From Octopus sinensis (taxonomy: Eukaryota), in assembly GCF_006345805.1 (NCBI RefSeq), contig NC_043005.1, forward strand, positions 70,556,001 to 70,620,000: DNA of 64,000 nucleotides, given 5' to 3'. The notes below the pieces were generated by a model, which saw only the letters and a list, made by a program, of their open reading frames with translations, ran no database searches and was not told where the DNA came from. Of the stretch, positions 26,307-39,112 are shown one piece after another (within the stretch, counting starts at the first letter, position 1; every line of letters starts with the position of its first letter). The translations under genes were made by a program, and so were the position numbers.

Positions 26307-27593
26307 ATGTGTGTGATGTGTGTATAACAATATACATATGCGTGTTCGTGTGTGCGTATGTGTGCATGTGTGTACGTGTGTACGTGTGTGTACGTGTGTG
26401 TGTCTGTGTGTGAGCACTGTGTGTGTGTGTGTGTGTGTGTGTAGAACGATAATAATACTACTGAATTTCTTCGAAAATATTTTACTCATGTCATAACAAT
26501 AATTGTTTATGACGTGAGGAAATACGATCGAGGGAAATATGTCATAACACATCTACATGAATTCACAAAGGATTAAATGGGATTCAAATAGTTTAACATA
26601 CTATATTATGTTTTATGTGAGACGTATGATACAACTAAAGGAAATAAACGACTGGTTAATGCAATTTATATTAATTTAGTTCCAGTGATTAAACTTTATT
26701 AAACAGAAATACTTTCGGAAAATTCAAGATTATTTTCTGTCTTATTTATATCGAATACCACACACACACACACACACGCCCACACAAACACACACACAAA
26801 CAGACACACACACACAAACACACATACACACACACATACACACACACATATATATATATATATATCGAACCATCTCAAGTGCAACTGCCCGAAATAGTCG
26901 TGACTTCTGGAACTTGAATGAGGAAAGAAAGCCAAGAATGACCCGTCTATTTTTGCCTGTCCTTCTAATTCTTGTTTCTATTGTCCATCTTTGTATCGTC
27001 TTTCTGTCCGAATATTTTAATGTCCTCTATTGCGTTTTTGTTCCATTTTTATATTTATATATATAGCGGCGTACGTACACCCTTATGCTCGCCTTATAGT
27101 AGGTATGTATCTAAATTTTATACTATTTAAGCAATGTGTTTGTTTGTGAATGATTAATGGGTTGGATGGGTACTGATGAAGGAGCAAAAACTCTCGAAAT
27201 ATGGATATACTCCCATTACTTATTTTTCATCTTCGATTTCATTGTTGTTTCAATCAGGCGTCTCGTATACGAAACATCGTTACAAGATCAGTGCTGGCTA
27301 TAATTGCTATAGAATATCTGTAGTGAAAACGTTAAAGTGTGTGCGTGTGTGTGTGTTTATGTGTGTGTTTATGTGTGTTTGTGTGTGTGTGTGTTTGTGT
27401 ATGTTTGTGTGAGTGTGTGTGCGTGTGTGAAATTATATATTATATATGTAACTTATTTCTCTTTGATAAGCTAGTAGAGAAGTGCGAAAAAATAAGATAT
27501 TTTGAATAAATTTGAATTCTATCACGCAATGCTGTAAATTACATTACACGCACTATGTATGTATGTATGTATGTATGTATGTATGTATGTATG

Positions 27594-27624
<31 letters not shown>

Positions 27625-27905
27625 GTGTGTATGTCATTGTTCAGTTTTATTTCAAGATTTCTTGACAATAGAGAAAATGTTTGTTTCTAACCAAGATCCA
27701 AGGCTCCTTCATTGGAATTTCAACATCCACAACCGGATATTTTGGTTCGTATGTATGTATATGAGCAGGTAGCAGGTTTCTAACCTAGATCCATGGCTCC
27801 ACCATTGGAATTTAAACGTCAACAACAGGGTATTTTTGTTTGTTTGTATGTATGTATGTATGTATGTATGTATGTATGTATGTATGTATGTATGTATATA
27901 TGATA

Positions 27906-28307
27906 GGCGCAGGAGTGGCTGTGTGGTAAGTAGCTTGCTAACCAACCACATGGTTCCGGGTTCAGTCCCACTGCGTGGCATCTTGGGCAAGTGTCTTCTG
28001 CTATAGCCCCGGGCCGACCAATGCCTTGTGAGTGGATTTGGTAGACGGAAACTGAAAGAAGCCTGTCGTATATATGTATAATATATATATATATATATAT
28101 GTGTATCTGTGTTTGTCCCCCTAGCATTGCTTGACAACCGATGCTGGTGTGTTTACGTCCCCGTTACTTAGCGGTTCGGCAAAAGAACCGATAGAATAAG
28201 TACTGGACTTACAAAGAATAAGTCCCGGGGTCAAATTGCTCGACTAAAGGCGGTGCTCCAGCATGGTCGCAGTCAAATGACTGAAACAAGTAAAAGAGCA
28301 AAAGAGA
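27906..28307 (+). mobile_element. SINE family A, full length
   Basis: GGCGCAGGAGTGGCTGTGTGGTAAG head through AAGTAAAAGAG tail. Confidence 0.95.
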
Positions 28308-28388
28308 GTATGTATGTATGTATGTATGTATGTATGTATGTATGTATGTATGTATGTATGTATGTATGTATGTATGTCTGTATGTATG

Positions 28389-28439
<51 letters not shown>

Positions 28440-28443
<4 letters not shown>

Positions 28444-29368
28444 AGATTTGTATGTTTTGCTTTATTTATGTACTCTCATGCATATAGTTGCATATCTAGA
28501 CATGCTCATATATACTTAAATGATAAACTTCTGAAAAGTGTTTACAAATTTTTACAGTTGCAGAGATGGATTGGATCTGCAGTCTTCGAATTAGCTTTCT
28601 TGGTTTTGAGAAGCCTAATTTCACAAGATTCGTATTTAGGCAGTGTGTTACGTATTCCAGAACTCGATAATTACTGGTATAAGCCTAAACTTGTAATCTG
28701 GATAGAGTGACTGCAGATTTGTCAATAGCTCAGCGTAGGTGTTCTCTTTTTCACTGATCGTCAGCTTTATGTTAACATCCGCAGGGCAGCTAATTTCCAC
28801 AACTGTTCACAGTTTCTCTTCTCTATCCCAAATCATTATATCATGTCTGTTGTGCTTACATTTTATTGAGGTCTTCATTGAGACATTCCATCTGTACTCC
28901 TTTTTATTATGGGCGGCCTTGGTTTCTATCATACTGTGAGTTCTTATTTCTTTGTCTTCGGGGTTATCCTTCCGATGGATTTCATTATAAAGTGTCCTAG
29001 CTACAACATCATGTCTCATCGGTAAATAAACCGTGATGACATTTTCGGAAAACTGCTAATGATGTGGATATCTTAGGTGTAAATGTCACAAAGTCAAGTC
29101 TGCAATTTTTGTCACATTTTACTGCTTTTCTTGCATCTCTATCCCTTTTGAGTATCAGGTACTTGATTGACATTTCCTATTCCTGGATTGCAAATGCATA
29201 TCCTTCAAAGTGGGAGTTCGTAATCCAGCTATTCGTCCATAACAGATTGCTTTGATGATCAATTTTACTATCATCTCGTGCGACTTCTTTGGGCATGTAT
29301 TCTAGGTTATCAAACAAAGAACGTTGCTCAAGAAGCTGCCTTCGAAGTCTATGATGCTATCAGTCTCA
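28440..29368 (-). mobile_element. R4/Dong-clade non-LTR retrotransposon 3' fragment (zinc knuckle plus restriction-like endonuclease), decayed
   Basis: Minus translation: HFEGYAFAIQE..CDKNCRL..HIISS..MRHDVVARTLY..WNVSMKTSIKCKHNRHDIMIWDREEKL..VVEISCPADVNI..EKENTYAEL. Matches the R4 RHD / HNRPDI / P.D.N / EK..KY motifs. Confidence 0.85.
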
Positions 29369-29369
29369 T

Positions 29370-30065
<696 letters not shown>

Positions 30066-30677
30066 TCTAAAGTCGAGAGTCCGATTCATAGACCATAATG
30101 CATGAATATTTTACAAACATTAATTTACATGTGAACCTTTTAAAGAATAAATTACATCACACTTTTCCATGGTAACTGAAACCGAACACTAACTTTGCTT
30201 CGAAAACATCAGTTTTCAATAAGGAGTAAGGAATTTTAATCATTATTTTATTCCTATATATTGTCTATATAATGTTGCCAAAGAGAAATTAATGAGAAAG
30301 TATGTGTGCATGTGTCTGTGCGTGTTGTATATGCGTTTATATATGACAGAGAAAGAATTATGTACGGTGGATGAAAGAGTGAAGAGAAGAGGGTAGTACT
30401 TCATAAAAACTACCAGTCTTTCAAAAGTTTCTTTTCTTGAATCCTTTTCATTCTTCTCCTGGCGTCCTTGGCATCGAGTCTCTTCCCTTCATGTATTATT
30501 CAAAGCTTACTTTGCATTTTTGTGAGAAAAGTTTGAAGACTGGAGACGTTATTTTCACACTATCACACGAACGTTGACGCATGTATAGGTATATATACGT
30601 GGTGTCAATATATGTATATATGTATTTGTTGGTGATTTTGTACACACGTATGCATATATAAATATATATATATTATA

Positions 30678-30796
<119 letters not shown>

Positions 30797-31051
30797 GCCA
30801 GTCAACCACAGTTGAAACACTCCTGTCACAACCTGGGATCTTGAAAACTGCTTTAATGAAAGAAAGTATACTAGTCCCTTAATATTTGATATTCAATATT
30901 TCATCTAATCAATACTTCATTTCATTTTACTATGTATACTATTTATACAATATATTCTATATTCTGCATTAATATTATAAAGAATATAAATAAAACATAA
31001 AAAACAGACAGTGTTGGAATTCCTTTGAATAATATATATACACGCATATAC

Positions 31052-31220
<169 letters not shown>

Positions 31221-31344
31221 GACAACAAAAGAATGAAACCTTGATATTAGGTAAATAGAGGAATTACATATGCATGTATAGTTTAGGACAATCAGTAAGT
31301 TTCAAATGCTGAAGCTAAGAGCTACGATGCATTCTCATCGACTA

Positions 31345-31823
31345 TTATGACAAGTTTATAACGACTTAAATAAAGAAGCTAGTATCATCGCCGCTAGGTT
31401 TAAATTACATAGAAAATAGAGATCCTTTCAAAAAGAGAGGTTTCTATAACTATTAAGGACCATAAAATTAACTTCCTATCTAATTCTAAATCATGATTAA
31501 TTAACCCTGCAAAATCAGAAATTTGGATAAGTAGTAAAGAAATTTTAAGAAACATCAATGCTAAAGTTAGAGGAACAACTAATTTAGGACAATGGTCCAA
31601 TAGCATAGAAGTTGTTAACTGGTTTAAAGTAATTAGAAATAAGAATAAAGCAAGACTGGGCGCAGGAGTGGCTGTGTGGTAAGTAGCTTGTTTACCAACC
31701 ACATGGTCCTGGGTTCAGTCCCACTGCGTGGCACCTTGGGCAAGTGTCTTCTACTATAGCCTCGGGCCGACCAAAGCCTTGTGAGTGGATTTGGTAGACG
31801 GAAACTGAAAGAAGCCCGTCGTA

Positions 31824-31861
<38 letters not shown>

Positions 31862-32515
31862 TGTGTGTGTTTGTGTGTCTGTGTTTGTCCCCCTCGCATT
31901 GCTTGACAGCCGATGCTGGTGTGTTTATGTCCCCGTTACTTAGCGGTTCGGCAAAAAAGAGACCGATAGAATAAGTACTGGGCTTACAAAAGAATAAGTC
32001 CCGGGGTCGAGTTGCTCGATTAAAGGCGGTGCTCCAGCATGGCCTCAGTCAAATGACTGAAACAAGTAAAAGAGTAAAAGAGTAAAAGAGTAAGACTTAC
32101 ACAATTTGATATTGTAGATTTCGAATCATTTATTTCTAGAAAACTGTTAGATAAACCCCTCACTTTCGCAAGCGATTTTACAGAGATTAGTGAACAAGAT
32201 AACGACATAATCCTCCATGCTAGAAAGACCTTTCTATTCAGCGAGAACACAGTGGGTCAAGTCAGCTGACACAGAGGTTGCTTTCGATGTGAGCATGGGG
32301 TCATATGATGGAGCAAGCATATGCGATCTCATTGGGCTATTCTTGCTTGATACGTTAGGAAAAGCTTTTCCTGGTGTATATTTCGCTATTTATAAGGATG
32401 GTGTTCTAGCTTTAACTAAGAATACCAATGGTCCAGCGCAAGATCGGTTAAGGAAAGATATTATCCATCTTATGAAAACATTCGATCTGAACATACCAAT
32501 AGGTACCAACCTGAC
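31345..32515 (+). mobile_element. Penelope-like reverse transcriptase fragment, interrupted by a SINE
   Basis: TIKDHKINF..LINPAKSEI..SKEILRNIN..LGQWSNSIEVVNWFKVIRNKNKA | RLTQFDIVDF..IILHARKTFLF / WVK..FDVSMGSYDGASICDLIGLFLL..YKDGVLAL: PLE RT motifs, with stops and a frameshift. Confidence 0.9.
31658..32091 (+). mobile_element. SINE family A inserted in PLE RT, 6-bp TSD AAGACT
   Basis: AAGACT at 31652-31657 and 32092-32097; removing the SINE restores the reading frame. Confidence 0.95.
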
Positions 32516-32757
32516 GGTCACTTTCACGATTACAGCCAACGATTCCAGTCAACGCACAAGACAGCCATTATACTCCCCCACGAAACACCACCACGTGGAC
32601 TCTGTTGAGACTAGTAAGAAATAATTATGAACTTTTCTTTAACACCTAACTTTTAAGATATTTTTGATAAGAACCGAATCATGTAAAATCTCTAAGAAAA
32701 TAAAAATTTATCTTATATATTGGCGTTTTCAAACTCCATTTTATAAATATATACCAA

Positions 32758-33109
32758 GTCGTGTGCTTCTCGATCAGGGCATTACACAATTCGTGTCCCC
32801 TTGTTATCGTTAGCAATTATTTTTACTAATTAAAGGAGTACCTTGGGGTGTGTTATTTATTTTTAACTTGCTCCCTTTGTGTGTGTGTGTATATATATAT
32901 ATATATAAATATTAAGGGAGTACCTTGGGGTGTGTTATTTATTTTTAACTTGCTCCCTTTGTGTATATATATATATATATATACACACAAAGGGAGCAAG
33001 TTAAAAGTAAATAACACACCCCAAGGTTCTCCCTTAATTAGTAAAAATAATTGCTAACGATAACACGGGGACACGAATTGTGTAATGCCCTGATCCAGAA
33101 GCACACGAC
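32758..33109. repeat. Long fold-back inverted repeat (~125-bp arms)
   Basis: Left arm GTCGTGTGCTTCTCGATCAGGGCATTACACAATTCG... is the rc of the right arm ending AGAAGCACACGAC, about 5 mismatches; internal direct copy of the inner ~50 bp. Confidence 0.95.
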
Positions 33110-33452
33110 AGAGACACACAAAATACATATGCGCGTGTGTGTGTGTGTGTGTGTGTGTGTCGGTGTTAGTAGTGTGTTAAACGAAGCGTGTCAGCTCTTC
33201 TCTGCTCCGTTTTCTTCCAATTAAATTATTTTCTTCTTCTTCACGAATCCCCATTGATCTGCCATATTTATATCATAGGAATTGGCTGCGACCTCTGCTG
33301 GTAACTTGAATTATCCCACCTTCGTGTACAAGATCTTTCTCTCTCTTTTACTTTCGCTCCCACTTTTTCTCTCCCTCCCTCTCACTCTCACTTTTCCTTC
33401 TCCATCTCCCTCTCCCGCCTCTTACTTCCTTCCTTCCTACTTTATATATATA

Positions 33453-34145
33453 CTAGCAGTATAGCCCAGCGTTGCTCGGTTTTCAGTTGCGCTTAAAACG
33501 GCAGACTTTGATGCCGCGTTAACAAAGTTTTGACATAGTTTCAATCTATGAAGAAAAGTATAGTGTGGCGATGCTCGAGTTTGCTCTGAAGGTGCTGCAA
33601 ATGTGTAATGCCGACTTAAATTGTTGGTATTGTTGGTTAATAAATCCTTCTATTAACATTATGGAGAAAAAAATTACTCGTAGCATTAAAGCAAAGTGAA
33701 GCTCAAGTTTCGAACTGCACTGAAAATCTGTTAAGAAGTTAACACTGCAAGAGTATTCATGAAGAAAAAGTACAGGAAAATCCAAAACGTTAGTAAGAAC
33801 AGTTTGGGGCTTCAAAAAATAATGTTATTTTGAAGCCAAACGGGTGGGCAACATGAATCGTGGTTATACCTGTGAATTGAATAAAATCGATTATTTTATA
33901 TCATGTATAACTAAAAAAAATCTGAAAAATCAAAACATACCCATTGAAGGCTTGACTTGAACATCGTAGATAGTAACAGCATGCAGATCGCACATTGTCT
34001 GGTTGAAATACACCGAAAAATGGCGACACAGCAGTCAAAAAATCGTAAAAAATAGGGATTTTCATAGAAAAAAAGAACCTTTTTTGGTCTTAAAATAGTC
34101 CGATTTGAATTTTTTCTTCTGCGGAATGAAGAGCAAGCCTTCTTT
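33453..34145 (-). mobile_element. Non-autonomous Helitron, 5'-truncated
   Basis: rc 3' end CCGAGCAACGCTGGGCTATACTGCTAG|T; 33995-34145 is the rc of the 5' body of the 52990-53358 copy. Confidence 0.8.
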
Positions 34146-34803
34146 AGAAAAAAAACACCTTTTATTAATTCAATAATGAAAACATTAAATTATACCATTT
34201 AGAAAAATTACATCTTATAGAAAGATTAAATAAAAGATAAAACATATACCAATGATTACGTAATGTGCAAAATAATAAATAAAACGTATATATTTGGTAG
34301 AATACCAAATATATACGTTTTACGTATATAACCACTAAGCCACGCATGTATTTATGTATATATGTATGTATGTATTTGTGTATGTATGTATGTATGTATG
34401 TATGTATGTATGTATGTATGTATGTATGTATAAGCTCACGCAGTAAATGAGGACCCGATTCTCTCCACCAACGTCGCTGAAAAAGCCGAAGTAGGTTTTA
34501 CTTGGAGAATAACCCAGACTTGTCCTAACAACGGTTCAGAACTTGTTCGAATCAATATGTCTTCGTAATAAAACTGCGATTGATGACAATTTGTGACAAT
34601 TTGTACCCTCTCCAAATTGCACAATAAAACTTCCATTTAGAAATGTGTTTCCATTATTTGTCGAAACCATGTAATATACACAAATATGTATACGCATGTT
34701 TTCTAACTAATATTAACTAAATCGTATCTACAAGAATCATATTGCTAATTATATATACATATGTACATATACATATGTGTGTGTGTGTGTGTGTGTGTGT
34801 ATG

Positions 34804-34843
<40 letters not shown>

Positions 34844-36434
34844 AAAAAATACAAACTGGGAAAAGAACGCAAAACATTTAGAAGACGATACAAAAAACAC
34901 GGACGGGACATTCGAAGCCTTCAATCTTCAGTCAAGAACCGGATCATCCTCGTAATTTCGGCTGATACGTACATATACATACACACACACACACTCACAC
35001 ACATAAATATGTATGTATATATATATATATATATATACATATGTGTGTCTGTGTTTATATTAATATATATACGTATGTATATATTCTATATATGTGTATG
35101 TGTGTGTGTGTAAGTGTACATATATAAATATACACACACACGCACACACTTTTAACTAACTACACATATTTCATACATCAACATGGAGGCTTGCGATAAA
35201 CATTTATCACTTCACACATCCTTCTTGCTTCTATACGATGCAACATGTTTTACTCGTATATTTTCCATTCTTTTCTTTCTTATCTCTAATCTCTTATTCT
35301 TTCATCCCGCCCTTTTTTCCATTTCATCTTCTATAAATAAGAATTTTCCGTAAATCGTTCCCAATTTTCTCTTTCTCTCTCTTACTCTCTCACATCCGTA
35401 CTCTCTCTCTCTCTCTCGCTCTCTCACACACACTCTTTCTCTCTCTTCTTTTTCGTTTTTTGTCCGCTCCAAAATGGAGATTGTTCTGCCAAGTGTTTAT
35501 CCAAATACATAAATATAGATGTTTTTCAGCTGTCATCAAAGCAAGTTCTTGGAAACTACAACTTCTCCTCAACTTATCCTAACACGTACAGGCACATACA
35601 ACACGAAAACAGAAGCACTCAGTCATGCGCACACACAGTTTATAGCTATCTCTCTGTATATCTCTCTGACTCTCTATCTATCTGTCAGTCTACCTACCTA
35701 TCTGCCTACCGACCGACCTACCTACCTACCTACCTACCTACCTACCTACTTATCTATCATTTTATCCTTTCCTCCAGCTAAGGCATAGCTGAACTACATC
35801 CGTCGATGGTTTAGCTGGCCGAAATGTCCAAGTCATAGTTAATAACATTAGTTCATAAGAATAAAGAATTTATACTCTAAAGTATAGAGTAGCCCACCAG
35901 ATTAATGTAAAATGGTTTTCATTATAACTGAACATACAAAACAACATATATATATGATTCCAACATAGTAGTTTTGTAAAATGAAAACAAATGACATCAG
36001 CATCTTCTCATATACCAGGAAATTATACCTACTTTATTATGGATAAATTCATCGTCTCTGAGTATGAAATATCTCCTCATATCTCCGGAAATTACACCTA
36101 CATTATTATGGATGGATTTACCTTTTCTGTGAAGCTTACAAGCTTTTCTGAAAACCTTTTATAAAACTGTGCATCATTAGAGAACTTTGGAAGTCTGCTT
36201 ACAATCTAAATTTGCTTTTTATAGAACACTCTTCGATACTTCATGAGTGTAGCTTCACCCCCTAGGATGTTTGGAGAACTCATATGTGTTTTGGCTGATG
36301 AGTACGGGATACTTGTATTTGCTGCAATATTTGCAGCTTTTAATAAAGCTGTTCTTCGTATGAAACAATTGTACTGAAAAACTAATCCATTCTTGTTGCT
36401 TTTTTCTTGTATGTATACATATATATATATATAT

Positions 36435-36576
36435 AGGTGTAGGAGTGGCTGTGTAGTAAGTAGCTTGCTTACCAAGCACGTCTCTTCTACTATAGCCTCG
36501 GACTGACCAAAGCCTTGTGAGTGGATTTGGTAGATGGAAACTGAAAGAAGCCCGTCGTATATATGTATATATGTGG

Positions 36577-36617
<41 letters not shown>

Positions 36618-36833
36618 TGTATCTGTGTGTGTTTTTGTGTCTGTGTTTGTCCCCCCAACATCGCTTGACAACCAATGCTGGTGTGTTTACGTCCCCGTAA
36701 CTTAGCGGTTCGGCAAAGGAGACCGATAGAATAAGTACTAGGCTTAGAAAGAATAAGTCCTGGGATAAACTTGCTCGACTAAAGTTGGTGCTGCAGCATG
36801 GCCACAGTCAAATGACTGAAACAAGTAAAAGAG
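36435..36833 (+). mobile_element. SINE family A (deletion in head)
   Basis: GGTGTAGGAGTGGCTGTGTAG head; standard body and tail. Confidence 0.9.
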
Positions 36834-37036
36834 TATATCTTCATGTAGCCCCATGGCTACATTCTGTTTATTTATTTGGTTTTTGTCCCTCATTCGTCCA
36901 CTAACGGTCTTGTCTTGAATTACATTTATTCATTTTCGTATGCCCACCTCTGTATCGCTTGTTAACCGTATGTTCTTTGTTCTCCGTCCCATATTCCCGG
37001 CAACTCCTGCCGGTACCACCAGATAGGAAGTAATAT

Positions 37037-37235
37037 TCTTTTCTACTCCAGACACAAAGCCCAAAATTGTCGATTAGATCCACCCCAGTATGCAACTGGT
37101 ACTTAATTTATCGACTCCGAAAGGATAAAAGGCAAAGTCGACCTCGGCGGAATTTGAACTCAGAACGTAAAGACAGACGAAAAACTACGAAGCATTTCGC
37201 CCGGCCTGCTAACGTTTCTGCCAGCTCGCCGCCTT
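37037..37235 (-). mobile_element. SINE family B (alternative tail) with perfect 16-bp TSD
   Basis: AGATAGGAAGTAATAT at 37021-37036 and 37236-37251. Confidence 0.95.
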
Positions 37236-37475
37236 AGATAGGAAGTAATATCATCGTTAAAGGCAGTAAACTGCTTTTGACCTTCTGATCAATAAGTGAT
37301 GCGGAGTTGGAGACCTTCTCTATCTGTTTTCCGTTTGTCTGTGATTTTATTATGTGATTTTTAACTTGCCATGCTGTGTGTTTTTCGTTTGTGGATTTAC
37401 TAAGCGTTTTTTAAACTTTCATATGTGTGTGTTTATGTATGTATCTATGTATGTATATGTATACATATATACGTG

Positions 37476-37515
<40 letters not shown>

Positions 37516-37526
37516 TTTGTATATAC

Positions 37527-37567
<41 letters not shown>

Positions 37568-37580
37568 CATACAAACATAC

Positions 37581-37630
<50 letters not shown>

Positions 37631-37788
37631 TTATAAATATTTCCAAACATGTATATACACAAATATAAATATATAGAGCAAAATACATCTGAGCCGAGTA
37701 TTTTTTTTTTTTTTTTGTCTATCAAAATATCTATGATCAGCGTCTAAATGATGATACCACCAATTTTTCGGAACTCTCAATAATTTTA

Positions 37789-37879
37789 TTGGTGTTTCGT
37801 ATTTTAATAACTGCATGTTATGGATTAATGAACCGATTTATTTGCAACCATTTCCATATAAAAAGGGCTTCCACAACCA
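37789..37879 (+). repeat. ~90-bp direct repeat, second copy at 40001-40093
   Basis: TTTCGTATTTTAATAACTGCATGTTAYGGATTAATGAACCGATTTATTTGCAA...GGGCTTCCACAACCA in both. Confidence 0.9.
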
Positions 37880-38127
37880 GCAATACAATATTAAAATAAA
37901 AATAATTTATTCTTGTGCTGACTTTCTTCATCGAAAATTAATGGATTCCGGAATGAATATTTGAGAATTGTCGTAATAAATAATTTTTTTTTTTCATTTT
38001 ATATACGTACGCCTGTGTATATACAAGTGAGTGTATGCATGTATTATACACTTACACACACACACATATATATAACATATATGTACTAGATTTAAATATA
38101 AATACGTATGTACATATATATGTGTGC

Positions 38128-38171
<44 letters not shown>

Positions 38172-38505
38172 GTGTGTGTGTGTGTGTGTATTCAGAGCTG
38201 TTCCAAACAAGCTCAACAGTGAAACGTACGTAGGCACAAATAGTATAAGTTTGTGCTTATCGATTTCTCCCACATCTGATCTGTTTAACATAACCAGTAA
38301 TACTAGAAACTATAGTTCTATACCGGTACCGGAAACAAAATGAATAATGAAAGCAATACACACAGACACACACACTTCTAATTGTTTACCGAATGTTCAT
38401 ACTCAATGTATTTTAATTTCATTGCTAAGCATCGTGGTGTCATTATTCAAACTCGTAAAAAGTCCTCAATAATTTCTATATGACTTAGGTGACTAAGATA
38501 TTTCT

Positions 38506-39112
38506 TATTTCTTTATTGCCCACAAGGGGCTACACACAGAGGGGACAAACAAGGACAGACAAATGGGTTAGGTCGATTATATCGACCCCAGTGCGTAACT
38601 GGAACTTATTTAATCGACCCCGAAAGGATGAAAGGAAAAGTCGACCTCGGCGGAATTTGAACTCAGAACGTAACGGCAGACGAAATAAGGCTACGCATTT
38701 CGCCCCGCGTGCTAACCTTTCTGCCAGCTCACCGCCTTGAAGCATTTTTTGTGCTTCTACTGTCAACAGGGGTGACATATACGTCTCACTGAATGGTACC
38801 TATTCTCAGTAAAAGGAGCTGTTTAAAGTTAAGGCAAAGTCCACCTCGGCGGAATTTGAACTCAGAACGTAACTATCTATTTCTTTACTACCCAAAAGAG
38901 GCTAAACACAGAGAGAACAAACAAGGACAGACAAACGGATTAAGTCGATTACATCGACCCCAGTGCGTAACTGGTACTTATTTAATCGACCCTGAAAGGA
39001 TGAAAGGCAAAGTCGACCTCGGCGGAATTTGAACTCAGAGCGTAGCGGCAGACGAAATACCGCTCTAAGTATTTCGCCCGGCGTGCTAACGTTTCTGCCA
39101 GCTCGCCGCCTT
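38506..39112 (-). mobile_element. Composite insertion: SINE B, partial SINE B, 95-bp copy of 14737-14831, SINE B; 17-bp TSD
   Basis: TSD GTGACTAA(G/A)ATATTTCT at 38489-38505 and 39113-39129; 38739-38833 is the rc of 14737-14831. Confidence 0.85.

Noticed and set aside
34895-34962. Minus-strand CTGAAGA...GAAT in family E repeat as a hammerhead
   Set aside because: GAAA is replaced by GAAT, stem II has no viable loop, and the motif is not kept in the other two copies.
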